A DNA stretch of 64,000 bases from an uncultured Acidobacteriaceae bacterium (lineage in GTDB: Bacteria; Acidobacteriota; Terriglobia; Bryobacterales; Bryobacteraceae): assembly GCA_963846035.1 (NCBI GenBank), contig CAWJUK010000027.1, forward strand, positions 3,867 to 67,866, given 5' to 3'. The notes beneath the pieces are model-generated. The model saw only the letters and a program-made list of their open reading frames with translations. It searched no databases and was not told the DNA's origin. This document shows, piece by piece, positions 51,113 through 60,230 of the stretch; position 1 is the stretch's first letter, and every line of letters starts with the position of its first letter. A program made the translations under genes and the position numbers.

Positions 51113-52580
51113 GTGAATCGACGCCTTGCTCTTCTGCTGCTCGCCGTGTTGGCTGAGAAGTCGATTTTCCTTGCTCTTGATTCCGCGCCATCTTATCGCT
51201 TCGACGATTCCGGTACCTATCTCGCGACCGCGATCGCTAAATGGATTCCGCCCGACCGCGGCTTCGTCTACGGCCTGTTCCTGCGTCCTATTTGCGTCTG
51301 GACGCGCTCCCTCATGCCAATTGTTTTCCTGCAAGCCGCGGTTTCCGCCACTCGCCGCTTGGCTCGTTGGATTCTCGCTACTGCGCTTTTTTGCCGTCGC
51401 GTTTCCCGTTGCAGCTAGTCTCACCCTCCTCTGTGCTGCCGAGCCGCTTCAACTTGTCTCCGAGCGCTACATCCTTACCGAAGCGTTCGGCACCTTCGTG
51501 TTTGCTGTCCTTCTGGTTGCGGCCTTCGCATATCTCCGGCTCAGCAGTTTCTCTCTCCTCGCGCTGATCCAGATTCTCGGCGTTTCCCTCGTGACCCTCC
51601 GCGTCAGCGCTCTTCCGCTCGTCGTGACTCTCTCGATTCTTCTGCCTCTGCTTTCGCGCCGAGCGATGTCGGTCTGGAAATCGCTGCGTCGTTCCCTTCG
51701 CGGAACATCTGCGCGTGTCACCTGGGCCCGCGGATTGCGATTTATCGCGCTGCCGCTGGTGTTCTCGATCGGCTTCAGTCAGCTCATGCTATTCGGTTAC
51801 CGCCTCATATACGGCGCACTCACCGGCGGTCCCGCGGCATACACTCACGCCGACGGTCTCTTTCTTGCGGCAGACCTCGCACCCGTAATCAAACCGCTCG
51901 ACTTTCCGGTGCCCGCCACCCGCGACGCTGTTTTTCGAAGCATCAAGTACCCGCTGTCCGATCCCGATCTCCGATCTGCTCAGCGTCTCTTCCCCGGAGG
52001 CCTCGATGATTCCATCACACGTGCCGGGCGCGCCAGCGAAGTCGAAGCCAATCGCCTCGCCCGTGACACCGCCTGGAACGCGCTCCGCCGCGACCCTCTG
52101 GCCGCAGTACGGCTGGCTCTGTCTACCTACGCCGAGTATTTCGATTACAACAAGCTGAAATCGTTCGTGCTGCTGGAACAGAGAGGCGTGCCGCCTCTCC
52201 CGCGCGATATCGACATGATGAAGGTTACGTTCGGTCTGGATGTGCGCCAGCGCAACCTCAACTCTTGGACAAAAACGTGGGAGCAACACGCAATTCTTTG
52301 GTACTGGTTCCTCTTGATCGTTCCTCTTGTTTTTCCCCTGGCTCTGGTTGCCAATTTGCGGCGCGCCACCACCGCGCATCTGATCTGCGCGGTTTGCGCG
52401 CTCGCGTTCCTTTTCGATGCAATTGCTCCCGTCGAGTTTCCCGACCCGCGCTATCTCACGACGCTCGCCTGGCTTGCGTTCCTCATGATCGGTTCCCTGT
52501 TTCCACGCTCTGCAGCGCGAACCCGCGCTTCCCTCGAGGCGCACCGCTTCGCCTCGGCCGACGGGCTCGAGATCACTTAA
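51113..52580 (+). pseudogene. polytopic membrane protein of unknown function (GT-C-like topology); one frame break near 51349
   Basis: ORF 51113..51418 (MNRRLALLLLAVLAEKSIFLALDSAPSYRFDDSGTYL..PIVFLQAAVSA) joins ORF 51126..52580 at LAAWLVGFSLLRFFAVAFPVAASL... The combined protein has at least 8 hydrophobic segments. Confidence 0.6.
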
Positions 52581-52667
52581 CTTCCCGAGGTTCAAGTTCC
52601 GCAGCAGCCCCAGGCGGCTCCCGGATTCAAGGGACATTAAATTTCTTTCTTCAGCCCGGCGCGAAAA

Positions 52668-52868
52668 TTATGCCGACGAACCCTTCTGTTCACATTCCGT
52701 ATGTCCGCATTCGCAGAAATCCCGCTCAATTCCGTGCGAAGTGGCCTGCTCGCAATAGTCACTGCAGTACTCCTTTTCACCTACTGCACGTTCGTGCGTC
52801 GTACCGGGACTTTCTTTCGATATCCGGCATCTGCACGGCCCGTGTGTGCACTTCGTTTCGGGAGGCAT
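52668..52868 (-). CDS. putative bacterial metallothionein (SmtA/BmtA-like, 66 aa)
   Basis: MPPETKCTHGPCRCRISKES..EKEYCSDYCEQATSHG..FCECGHTEC. The spacing KC-x3-PC-x-C, YCS-x2-C and C-x-CGHT-x-C parallels SmtA (KCACEPCLC .. YYCSEACADGH .. CGHTGC). Confidence 0.5.
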   Translation of the reverse strand: MPPETKCTHGPCRCRISKESPGTTHERAVGEKEYCSDYCEQATSHGIERDFCECGHTECEQKGSSA

Positions 52869-52982
52869 GTGAAGGTTTATTCTACGCCCGCGCCGCCGAG
52901 CGACCTGATGTGTTGCTAGTATTTGCATCACTGAAAATCCAGAAAACCTGAAAAGCTTGACGCGCGTCTTACTCTCGGGAAC

Positions 52983-55950
52983 ATGTACCTAACAAGATTG
53001 CTCGCTGCACTGGTGTGCTTTTTTTCAGCGTTTCTTTTCCCAGCATTACTTCCGGCCAAAGATTCCGGTCCGGCTCAATCGCCCAGCCCTCAGGTTGATC
53101 CGACAGGTGGAAAGATCAAGCACATCATCGTCATCATGCAGGAGAACCGCTCTTTCGATCATTACTTCGGCACCTTCCCGGGCGCGAATGGTTTTCCAGC
53201 GGGGGCGCGCGCTCTAGATCCGAGAACGGGTCTATACGTCGCGCCGTATCACGATATGCGCGACGAAAATGGCGGCGGACCGCACGCTGCCTCAAGCGCT
53301 ATAGCAGACATCGATGGCGGCAAGATGGACGGCTTCATTGGGCAAGCCGAGGCGGCCCAGAAGGGCTGCGCCAATCCCACAAACCCCGCCTGCGCCAATT
53401 CCGTTGTGCCGGATGTGATGGGTTATCACGACGGCAGAGATATCCCGAACTATTGGGCATACGCTCAGCAGTTCGTTTTGCAAGATCAGATGTTTGAGCC
53501 GAACGCATCGTGGAGCCTGCCAGCACATTTGTTCATGGTTTCGGAATGGTCCGCCCTTGTGTACGCAACATAACAACCCCTCGAGCTGCACGAATTCGCT
53601 CGAGGCACCCGGCTTGCCGCCCGACTTTAGCCACACCAACAAAATCCCCATTTATGCGTGGACCGACCTGACATATCTCATGCACAAATACGGCGTGAGC
53701 TGGGGTTATTACCTGGTCGAAGGAACGGAGCCCGATTGCGAAGATGCCTCGGTAGAAGATTGTCCGTCGATCCCGCAGAACGCGCAGGTCCCGGGCATCT
53801 GGAATCCGCTCCCCTATTTCGACACGGTCAAGAATGACGGCCAGCTTGGAAACATTCAAAAGATTGAAAACTTTTTGGAGCAGGCCAATGCCGGCACGCT
53901 CCCGGCCGTGTCCTGGGTGGTGCCTTCCGCCGAAGTCAGCGAGCATCCTTCCGCCCTGGTCTCGAAAGGGCAATCCTATGTAACCACCTTGATCAACGCC
54001 GTGATGAACGGGCCCAATTGGAAGGATTGCGCCATCTTCCTTGCGTGGGACGACTGGGGCGGCTTCTACGATCACGTCGTCCCTCCCGTCGTCGATGAGA
54101 ACGGCTACGGCCTTCGTGTTCCCGGCATCGTCATCTCGCCTTACGCGAAGCAAGGCTATATCGACCATCAGACGCTCAGCTTTGACGCCTATGTGAAGTT
54201 CATCGAAGACGTCTTCATTAATGGACAGCGGCTGGACCCGACCACGGATGGCCGCCCCGATCCTCGCCCGGACGTACGCGAAAATATTCCGCAGCTAGGC
54301 GATCTGATGGCCGATTTCGATTTCACGCAGGCTCCGCGCGCTCCCATGATTCTGTCCGTCAACCCTGCTTCGGATCTCGCCATGCCGAATACGTTCGCGC
54401 CGCTGCCCGGCGATTTGCTGCGCATCTCTGTTGGTTCGGATGGTGCTGTGTGGGGCATTAATGGCGCGGGACAAATCTACCATTTGGAAGCTGCCGCACA
54501 GACCTGGCTGCCCGTGCCGGGAGCGCTCGCCCAAATTTCCGTCGGATCGAGCCGCGCGGTTTGGGGTCTCAATGCGATCGGTCAAATCTATCAATACGAC
54601 TTCACGCATCAGACCTGGATCAAGATACCGGGAGCGCTTGCGCAAATCGCTGTCGGCTCTGACGGCGACGTGTGGGGCATTAACGCCGCAGACCAGATTT
54701 TTCATTACGTCGGGGCTAGTGCGGTTTGGATGAACATTCCGGGAGCTCTTACGAATATTCAGGTCGGATACGACGGATCGATATGGGGCATCAATGCTGC
54801 CGGGGGCGTGTATCGCTTCAACGTCGGATCGCAATCTTTCATACAGATTCCGGGTGCACAGCTTACGCAACTTTCGGTAGGCAGCGACGGTGCTGTTTGG
54901 GGCCTGAATGGACAGAGCATTTATCGATTCAATCCCATGAGGCAGCAGTTCGAAAACATGCCCGGCGCATTGGCTCAGATTTCCGTAGGATCGGCTGGCA
55001 ACGTGTGGGGTATCAATGCCGCCAGCCAGATTTACCGGTTCAATACGCCGAGCCAGACCTTCGTTAACGAACCGGGAGAGCTCGCACAAATTGCCGTCGG
55101 GCAGAATGGCACCGTATGGGGATTGAACGGTGCTCAGGCGATTTATCAATTTCTGCAGCCACAAATACCCACGCCCACGTTCCATCCTGTTCCCGGCGCC
55201 ACATTGGCTCGGATCACGACGAGCATCGACGGAAACGTTTGGGGCATCGATCCGAGCGGTAATCTGCTCGGCTACAACCTCGCTACCCGGAGATGGGCTC
55301 AATTCAACCCGGGCGTGGTCTTCAGCCAAGTGTCGGCCGGCTTTGGGCAGGATGTCTGGGCCGTGGACACGAGTGGAGCGATCTACAATTACGACCCCGC
55401 TAGCCAGACGTTCGTCTCCGTACCAGGCGCCTTGGCGCAGACCGGGGTCGCCGCAACCGGACTTTTATGGGGGATCAACGGAATTGGCGAAATCTATCAA
55501 TACGACCCGCCGAACCAGAGCTTCGTTCAAGTCCCCGGCGCCCTGGATCGGATTTCCGTCGGAATCGACGGGACGCTATGGGGTCTTAACAGTGCCAGTT
55601 TTATCTACCGCTTTAATCCGGCTGCGAATACGTTTGTAAGAGTTCCGGGCGATCTTGCGAGTATCTCCGTCGGTTCCGCCAACACGGTTTGGGGCATCAA
55701 CATCGCCGGTTCCATCTATACGTTCGATCCGCAGACGCAAGAGTTCCAGAACGTTGAGGGCGGTTTAGTACAACTCTCCGCCGGTTTCGACGGCGCCGTC
55801 TGGGGCATCAACGGAGCTGGTTCTATTTATCGCTACGACCCGGCAACCATCTGGGACAACATCCCAGGGTCGCTCACGCAAATCAGCGTAAGTGCTCAAA
55901 ACGTGGTGTGGGGCATCAACAGCGCCGGCCAGGTGTATCAGTACTACTGA
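52983..55950 (+). pseudogene. secreted phosphoesterase-family (phospholipase C type) enzyme fused to 14 tectonin/TECPR-like beta-propeller repeats; one frame break near 53555
   Basis: ORF 52983..53573 has a signal peptide and KHIIVIMQENRSFDHYFGTFPG and ends ..LFMVSEWSA. It joins ORF 53494..55950 at [10 protein letters not shown]..; removing one C from CCC at 53554-53556 restores the frame. Later phosphoesterase motifs are [17 protein letters not shown] and [14 protein letters not shown]. The repeats follow. Confidence 0.8.
54418..55947 (+). repeat. 14 tandem coding repeats of about 36-38 codons (tectonin/TECPR-like blades)
   Basis: The consensus is L(A/T)QISVGSDG.VWGIN..GQIY.(F/Y)....Q.F..(I/V)PGA. 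Examples are [23 protein letters not shown] and [24 protein letters not shown]. The last repeat ends [15 protein letters not shown]-stop. Confidence 0.8.
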
Positions 55951-55975
55951 GCGCGGCGCCTCAACGCCCGCGCTC
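55949..55975 (+). terminator. GC-rich hairpin overlapping the stop codon of the phosphoesterase-tectonin gene (no U-tract)
   Basis: GAGCGCGG-cgcctcaacgc-CCGCGCTC, an 8-bp stem. Confidence 0.3.
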
Positions 55976-56026
55976 CAACCGAAACACAACCTTCCGTGTT
56001 ACATCCGTTATTGAGGACTTCTTCCT

Positions 56027-57058
56027 GTGGGAAACGTAATTCAACTGGTCGGGCCCCACCATGCGGTCCAATTCTTTGGCGTTACGCTCGTTGGCATCAA
56101 TGCCGAGAACGGAAAGAAACTTCTTTTTTCCATCATCTTTGTCTTTTTGATCACTTTGCTGGGCCGCGTGCTTCGCTGGCTCGCGCATCGCAAAGCGTGG
56201 AATTTCTCAGGTAAGCGCTTCGCGTTCTGGACGAATCAAGGCATCTCGATCACCGTTGCTGTCCTCACGATATTGGGGCTGGTTTCCATTTGGTTTTCGA
56301 ATCCCGCCCAGCTGACCACCGCTGTCGGGCTCGTAACCGCGGGCCTCGCGTTCGCGCTCCAGCGAGTCGTCACCGCTTTCGCCGGTTACTTAGTCATCCT
56401 TCGCGGCAAGACCTTCAGCGTCGGTGATCGCATTACGATGGGCGGTATTCGCGGAGATGTCATCGCGCTCGGCTTTCTCCAGACCGCCATTATGGAAATG
56501 GGCCAGCCCGCGGAAGGCGATGCCGCTGATCCCGTCTGGATTCAGGCCCGCCAATATACTGGCCGCATTGTCCGCGTCACTAACGCCACGATCTTCGATG
56601 AACCCGTGTACAACTACACGCGCGAGTTTCCCTACATCTGGGAAGAGATGCGTCTCCCCGTGCCCTACACATCGGATCGAAAACGCGCCGAGCAGATAAT
56701 GCTCGATGCCGCCCGCAAGCACACCGTGAAAATCGCCGGAATGAGTGAAGAGGCCCTGCAAGCCCTGGAGCGGCGCTACGTCCTTAAGCGCTCGGAGCTC
56801 GAGCCGCAAGTCTACTGGCGCCTCACCGACAATTGGCTCGAAATGACGGTCCGGTTCATCGTGGGCGATTCCGGCATTCGCCAGGTAAAAAGCGCTATGA
56901 GCCGCGACATCCTCGCCGAACTTGATCGCGCGGGGATCGGCATCGCGTCCGGCACCTACGAGGTGGTTGGCATGCCGCCTATCAAGGTCCAGATGGTCTC
57001 AGCCGACGGAAGCAGCCCCGAGCTGCCGGCCGGAGCCACCGCTCATTCTCCTGCGTAG
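56027..57058 (+). CDS. mechanosensitive ion channel family protein (MscS type)
   Basis: It has three N-terminal TM segments. The pore-helix/beta-domain region is GLAFALQRVVTAFAGYLVILRGKTFSVGDRITMGGIRGDVIALGFLQT. Confidence 0.85.
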   Translation: MGNVIQLVGPHHAVQFFGVTLVGINAENGKKLLFSIIFVFLITLLGRVLRWLAHRKAWNFSGKRFAFWTNQGISITVAVLTILGLVSIWFSNPAQLTTAVGLVTAGLAFALQRVVTAFAGYLVILRGKTFSVGDRITMGGIRGDVIALGFLQTAIMEMGQPAEGDAADPVWIQARQYTGRIVRVTNATIFDEPVYNYTREFPYIWEEMRLPVPYTSDRKRAEQIMLDAARKHTVKIAGMSEEALQALERRYVLKRSELEPQVYWRLTDNWLEMTVRFIVGDSGIRQVKSAMSRDILAELDRAGIGIASGTYEVVGMPPIKVQMVSADGSSPELPAGATAHSPA

Positions 57059-57127
57059 CCCGTGGCGGGGCTTCCTCCCGACCTAGGACGGCCGGAGGAA
57101 TTCCCTGACGCCGCCGATCTTAGTTTA

Positions 57128-57151
57128 CCCACGAGCCGTACGCATCGTGGG
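57128..57151. terminator. hairpin in the gap between the convergent MscS and manA genes
   Basis: CCCACGA-gccgtacgca-TCGTGGG, a 7-bp stem. A second possible stem, TTCCTCC/GGAGGAA, lies at about 57075-57103. Confidence 0.25.
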
Positions 57152-57227
57152 TGTCGACTCGTCGAGTACAACCCCACCCGCGATTACCAGGCGCAAACAG
57201 GCTTGGTCTGGTGTGAGGAACCACAGC

Positions 57228-58175
57228 TCAATGAAGTATCTGCAACGGTTTTTCGGCCGTATACGTGAGAATCCACTCCGAACCCGGCGCATCGATGCGA
57301 ACTGCGTTTCCGTGCGCTGGTATGAACCACGCTGTTCCGGCTGTTGCATATTGCGTTCCGATAGCGCCTGATCCTTTCACGCAAACCAGCACCATATAAT
57401 GCGGTGTGCCGACCCCGATCTCGAAACCCGCAGGCGGCCGCAATCGCTCGATGCGGAAATAGCGGCAGGCGATCAACTCCTCGCGCCAATCGTCAAGCGG
57501 AACCGGGGAAACGGTGCATCGGTGCGGCTGGAGGCGCGCAACGTTCAACCCGTCTTCCAAGTGGAGTTCCCTCGCACGACCGTAATCATAGAGCCGGTAG
57601 GTAATGTCCGAATTTTGCTGAACCTCGCACAGGGTCAAACCCGCACCGATTGCATGCACGGTTCCAGCGGGTACAAAAAAAACGTCGCCTGGCTTCGCGT
57701 CACGCCAGTCGAGCAACTGCTCAACCGCGGCCGATTCCACGGCTTGCTTCAATTCGTCACGGGTCAGTGGCTTACAAAACCCCAGCGCCAATTTCGCTCC
57801 GGGCTGTGCGTCTAGAACGCACCAAGCTTCGGTCTTGCCGGAGCTACCGTGATGATGCGTCGTCGCATATTCGTCATCCGGATGCACCTGTACGGATAGC
57901 CGATCGCTCGTGAAAAGCAGCTTCACCAGAATGGGGCAGGTCCCAGGGCGCAGTGCATCGCACGAGGAACCCAAAATTTCCGGGTGCGTCGTCAGCAGAT
58001 CATGTAATGGCAGTCCGATTGACGTGGGATTCTCGTCGCCTGTGAACCACGCTTCTCCGATCCGTGCGGGCTCAGGTGCGGAGGGGAAAAACGGCGCCAA
58101 ACTCTCCCGCCCCCAGACGCGCTCGCGAAAGACGGGCAGCAGTTGAATCGGCTCATTCAAGGTCCTTCTGGGCAT
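57228..58175 (-). CDS. manA: class I mannose-6-phosphate isomerase
   Basis: The start is ATG 58175 (MPRRTLNEPIQLLPVFRERVWG). Motifs: ILVKLLFTSDRLSVQVHPDD, GKTEAW, FFVPAGTVHAIGAG. Confidence 0.85.
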   Translation of the reverse strand: MPRRTLNEPIQLLPVFRERVWGRESLAPFFPSAPEPARIGEAWFTGDENPTSIGLPLHDLLTTHPEILGSSCDALRPGTCPILVKLLFTSDRLSVQVHPDDEYATTHHHGSSGKTEAWCVLDAQPGAKLALGFCKPLTRDELKQAVESAAVEQLLDWRDAKPGDVFFVPAGTVHAIGAGLTLCEVQQNSDITYRLYDYGRARELHLEDGLNVARLQPHRCTVSPVPLDDWREELIACRYFRIERLRPPAGFEIGVGTPHYMVLVCVKGSGAIGTQYATAGTAWFIPAHGNAVRIDAPGSEWILTYTAEKPLQILH

Positions 58176-58232
58176 TGCCCGAATTCTAACCCGCTCCGCG
58201 CATATCAATGCAACCGATGCGACAATCGAGGT

Positions 58233-59084
58233 TTGTCCTTACCGGAAGAAAATGGCTCTGCGGAGAGCCAGCCGCTTGACTCGGTTCGGCGGCCTCTTGC
58301 GTATCGCGAAGAGGCCTTTCTGCAAAGTCCGGATTCCAGGCCCCTTCGCATTCTCTCCGAATACCTCTGGCCGCTCGCCCATTTTCACGAAGAGAATATC
58401 CAGGACACAATCGTTTTCTTCGGTTCCGCCCGCATCGAAGAGGATGGACCACTCGGGCGCTTCTATCAGGAAGCGCGCGAGCTCGCCCGCCTTCTCACCG
58501 AATGGTCCGGTTCGGTCTCGGAACCGGGTCCGTGCGGTGAGCCTCGACGTCGTTTCGTGGTCTGCTCCGGAGGTGGTCCTGGAATCATGGAAGCCGCTAA
58601 CCGGGGCGCGACCGATGCGGGAGGGATAACCATCGGCCTGAACATCGGTTTGCCTTTCGAGCAGCGTCCCAATCCCTACATCACACCCGAGCTCTGCTTC
58701 GAGTTCCAGTACTTCTTCATGCGCAAGTTCTGGTTCGCCTACCTTGCGAAAGCGCTCGTGGTTTTTCCCGGCGGTTACGGAACGCTCGACGAGCTCATGG
58801 AGATTCTCACGCTCGCCCAAACCGGCAAGCTGGAAAGCAAAATCCTCATCGTGCTCTACGGCTCCGAATTCTGGAACGAAATTGTTAATTTTCCGGCGAT
58901 GGTCAAGCACGGCGTCATCGCCGAATCCGACCTGAACCTCTTCCACTTTGCCGATACCCCGGAAACCGCCCTTCAGTTGCTCAAAGATGAGCTCAATCGG
59001 TACTACCTCGAGCCCGAGCGCGCTTTGCGGCCGCCCGACGAGAGCGCTCCGGCCCCCGATATCGCACGCTCCCGGACTTCGTAA
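58233..59084 (+). CDS. LOG-family (TIGR00730) nucleotide phosphoribohydrolase-like protein; start uncertain
   Basis: Motifs: IVFFGSAR, SGGGPGIMEAANRGA, PFEQRPNPY, FPGGYGTLDELMEI (the PGGxGTxxE motif). The longest ORF starts at TTG 58143 and would overlap manA, so TTG 58233 is chosen. Confidence 0.8.
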   Translation: MSLPEENGSAESQPLDSVRRPLAYREEAFLQSPDSRPLRILSEYLWPLAHFHEENIQDTIVFFGSARIEEDGPLGRFYQEARELARLLTEWSGSVSEPGPCGEPRRRFVVCSGGGPGIMEAANRGATDAGGITIGLNIGLPFEQRPNPYITPELCFEFQYFFMRKFWFAYLAKALVVFPGGYGTLDELMEILTLAQTGKLESKILIVLYGSEFWNEIVNFPAMVKHGVIAESDLNLFHFADTPETALQLLKDELNRYYLEPERALRPPDESAPAPDIARSRTS

Positions 59085-59829
59085 GGGCTTTGCCGGGCGT
59101 CTCGGAAGCCCGATTGAAGTCCCCGCGCAGCATCCGGCTCCGTTCCTCCGGTCCAAAGTGTTCAATCGCGTAGCGCAGTGTTGTCCGGGGTAGCCTCGCA
59201 TAATGAGTTTGCAGGAAATCGACCAGAGCTGGCCGTGATACCCGCCCTGCTTCGCGCAGCGCCCACCCGACCGCCTTCTGAATCAGGTCATGCGTGTCTC
59301 CGAGCAGTTTCCGTGCGGTTCGGAATGTATCGTCGATTTCGCCCTTTTTGATAAGTGCCAAGGTTGAGACGATCGCAATGCGCCGTTCCCACAAAATCGC
59401 TGATCCGGCCAGCTTATCCAGCAGACCTCGCGGACGCGTCTTCAGGTGCTCGCCCAAAATGTAGGGCGCCGATGTATCCACAAGATCCCAGTTATTCACG
59501 CGCTCCGCGTTCCGCAAATAAAATTTGACGATGGATGCGCGCTCCCCTTCTGTTCCACGCTCGTACCGCGTCACCAGGATCTCGAGCGCCGCAAAACGAT
59601 GCTCGTGAATCGGCGATTCAAGCAAGTGCGCCACATCTTCAAGCGGGAGGTCGCGGTACCGAAGCGCAATTTTCCGCTGGATGGGAACCGGAATGCCGAG
59701 GAAGCGATCTCCCTCTCCGTATTGGCCTTTGCCTGTTTTGAAAAACCAAGCTGAAGTCTTCGCGCGCTCAACGTTCGCTGCGCTCGCGAGCTCTCGCTCT
59801 AGCTCCCGCCGCTTCGACATTCCTTTCAC
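58993..59829 (-). CDS. DNA alkylation repair protein (AlkD-like HEAT-repeat family)
   Basis: Motifs: KTSAWFFKTGKGQYGEGDRFLGIPVPIQRKIA, VNNWDLVDTSAPYILG. A basic C-terminal extension of about 45 aa overlaps the 3' end of the LOG gene by 92 nt. Confidence 0.75.
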   Translation of the reverse strand: MKGMSKRRELERELASAANVERAKTSAWFFKTGKGQYGEGDRFLGIPVPIQRKIALRYRDLPLEDVAHLLESPIHEHRFAALEILVTRYERGTEGERASIVKFYLRNAERVNNWDLVDTSAPYILGEHLKTRPRGLLDKLAGSAILWERRIAIVSTLALIKKGEIDDTFRTARKLLGDTHDLIQKAVGWALREAGRVSRPALVDFLQTHYARLPRTTLRYAIEHFGPEERSRMLRGDFNRASETPGKALTKSGSVRYRGPERSRRAAAKRARARGSTD

Positions 59830-60176
59830 TTAACCGGCTTCGATCCGCCCTTCGGTCCGAAAAACACCACCCAAGTCTCGAAATGGTCAGTGAAGTCCTC
59901 GAACCGATGCGGCACGTTTGCGGGCACAAACAGCACATCGCCGGTGACAAACGGCACGACGGTATCGCCACGACGAAATTTCCCCGTGCCCCCCGATATC
60001 AGGTACACTTCATCTTGATCGTGTGGCTCTTGCGTGTCTTCGCCCTTCGGCGCATACAGGCCCACGCTTCCATCGCCGTAGGTCAATAGCTCGATCCAGG
60101 TGTCCCTCGCGGCCGCCAGATCGCTTCGCGCCTGCTCCAGCGTGATCTTGAGTTGCGGCTCCGATACATTGCTCAT
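59826..60176 (-). CDS. cupin domain protein
   Basis: PHDQDEVYLISGGTGKF..GDVLFVPANVPHRFEDF. Length is 116 aa. Its stop overlaps the AlkD start by 4 nt. Confidence 0.75.
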   Translation of the reverse strand: MSNVSEPQLKITLEQARSDLAAARDTWIELLTYGDGSVGLYAPKGEDTQEPHDQDEVYLISGGTGKFRRGDTVVPFVTGDVLFVPANVPHRFEDFTDHFETWVVFFGPKGGSKPVK

Positions 60177-60230
60177 CAGTTACAGATATCATGCGGCCAT
60201 TGCTCGGCCGGGACGCGATAATCACTAAGG

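Noticed and set aside
54295-55329. 344-aa antisense ORF, and the about 111-nt periodicity in 54.4-55.9 kb, considered as a possible repeat array or CRISPR
   Set aside because: The periodicity is explained by 14 in-frame protein repeats (tectonin-like blades). The units are divergent at DNA level and have no spacer/repeat structure, so this is not a CRISPR array.
58239-59201. 320-aa ORF antisense to the LOG-family gene
   Set aside because: The sense strand carries clear LOG motifs (PGGxGTxxE). The antisense product has no recognisable features.
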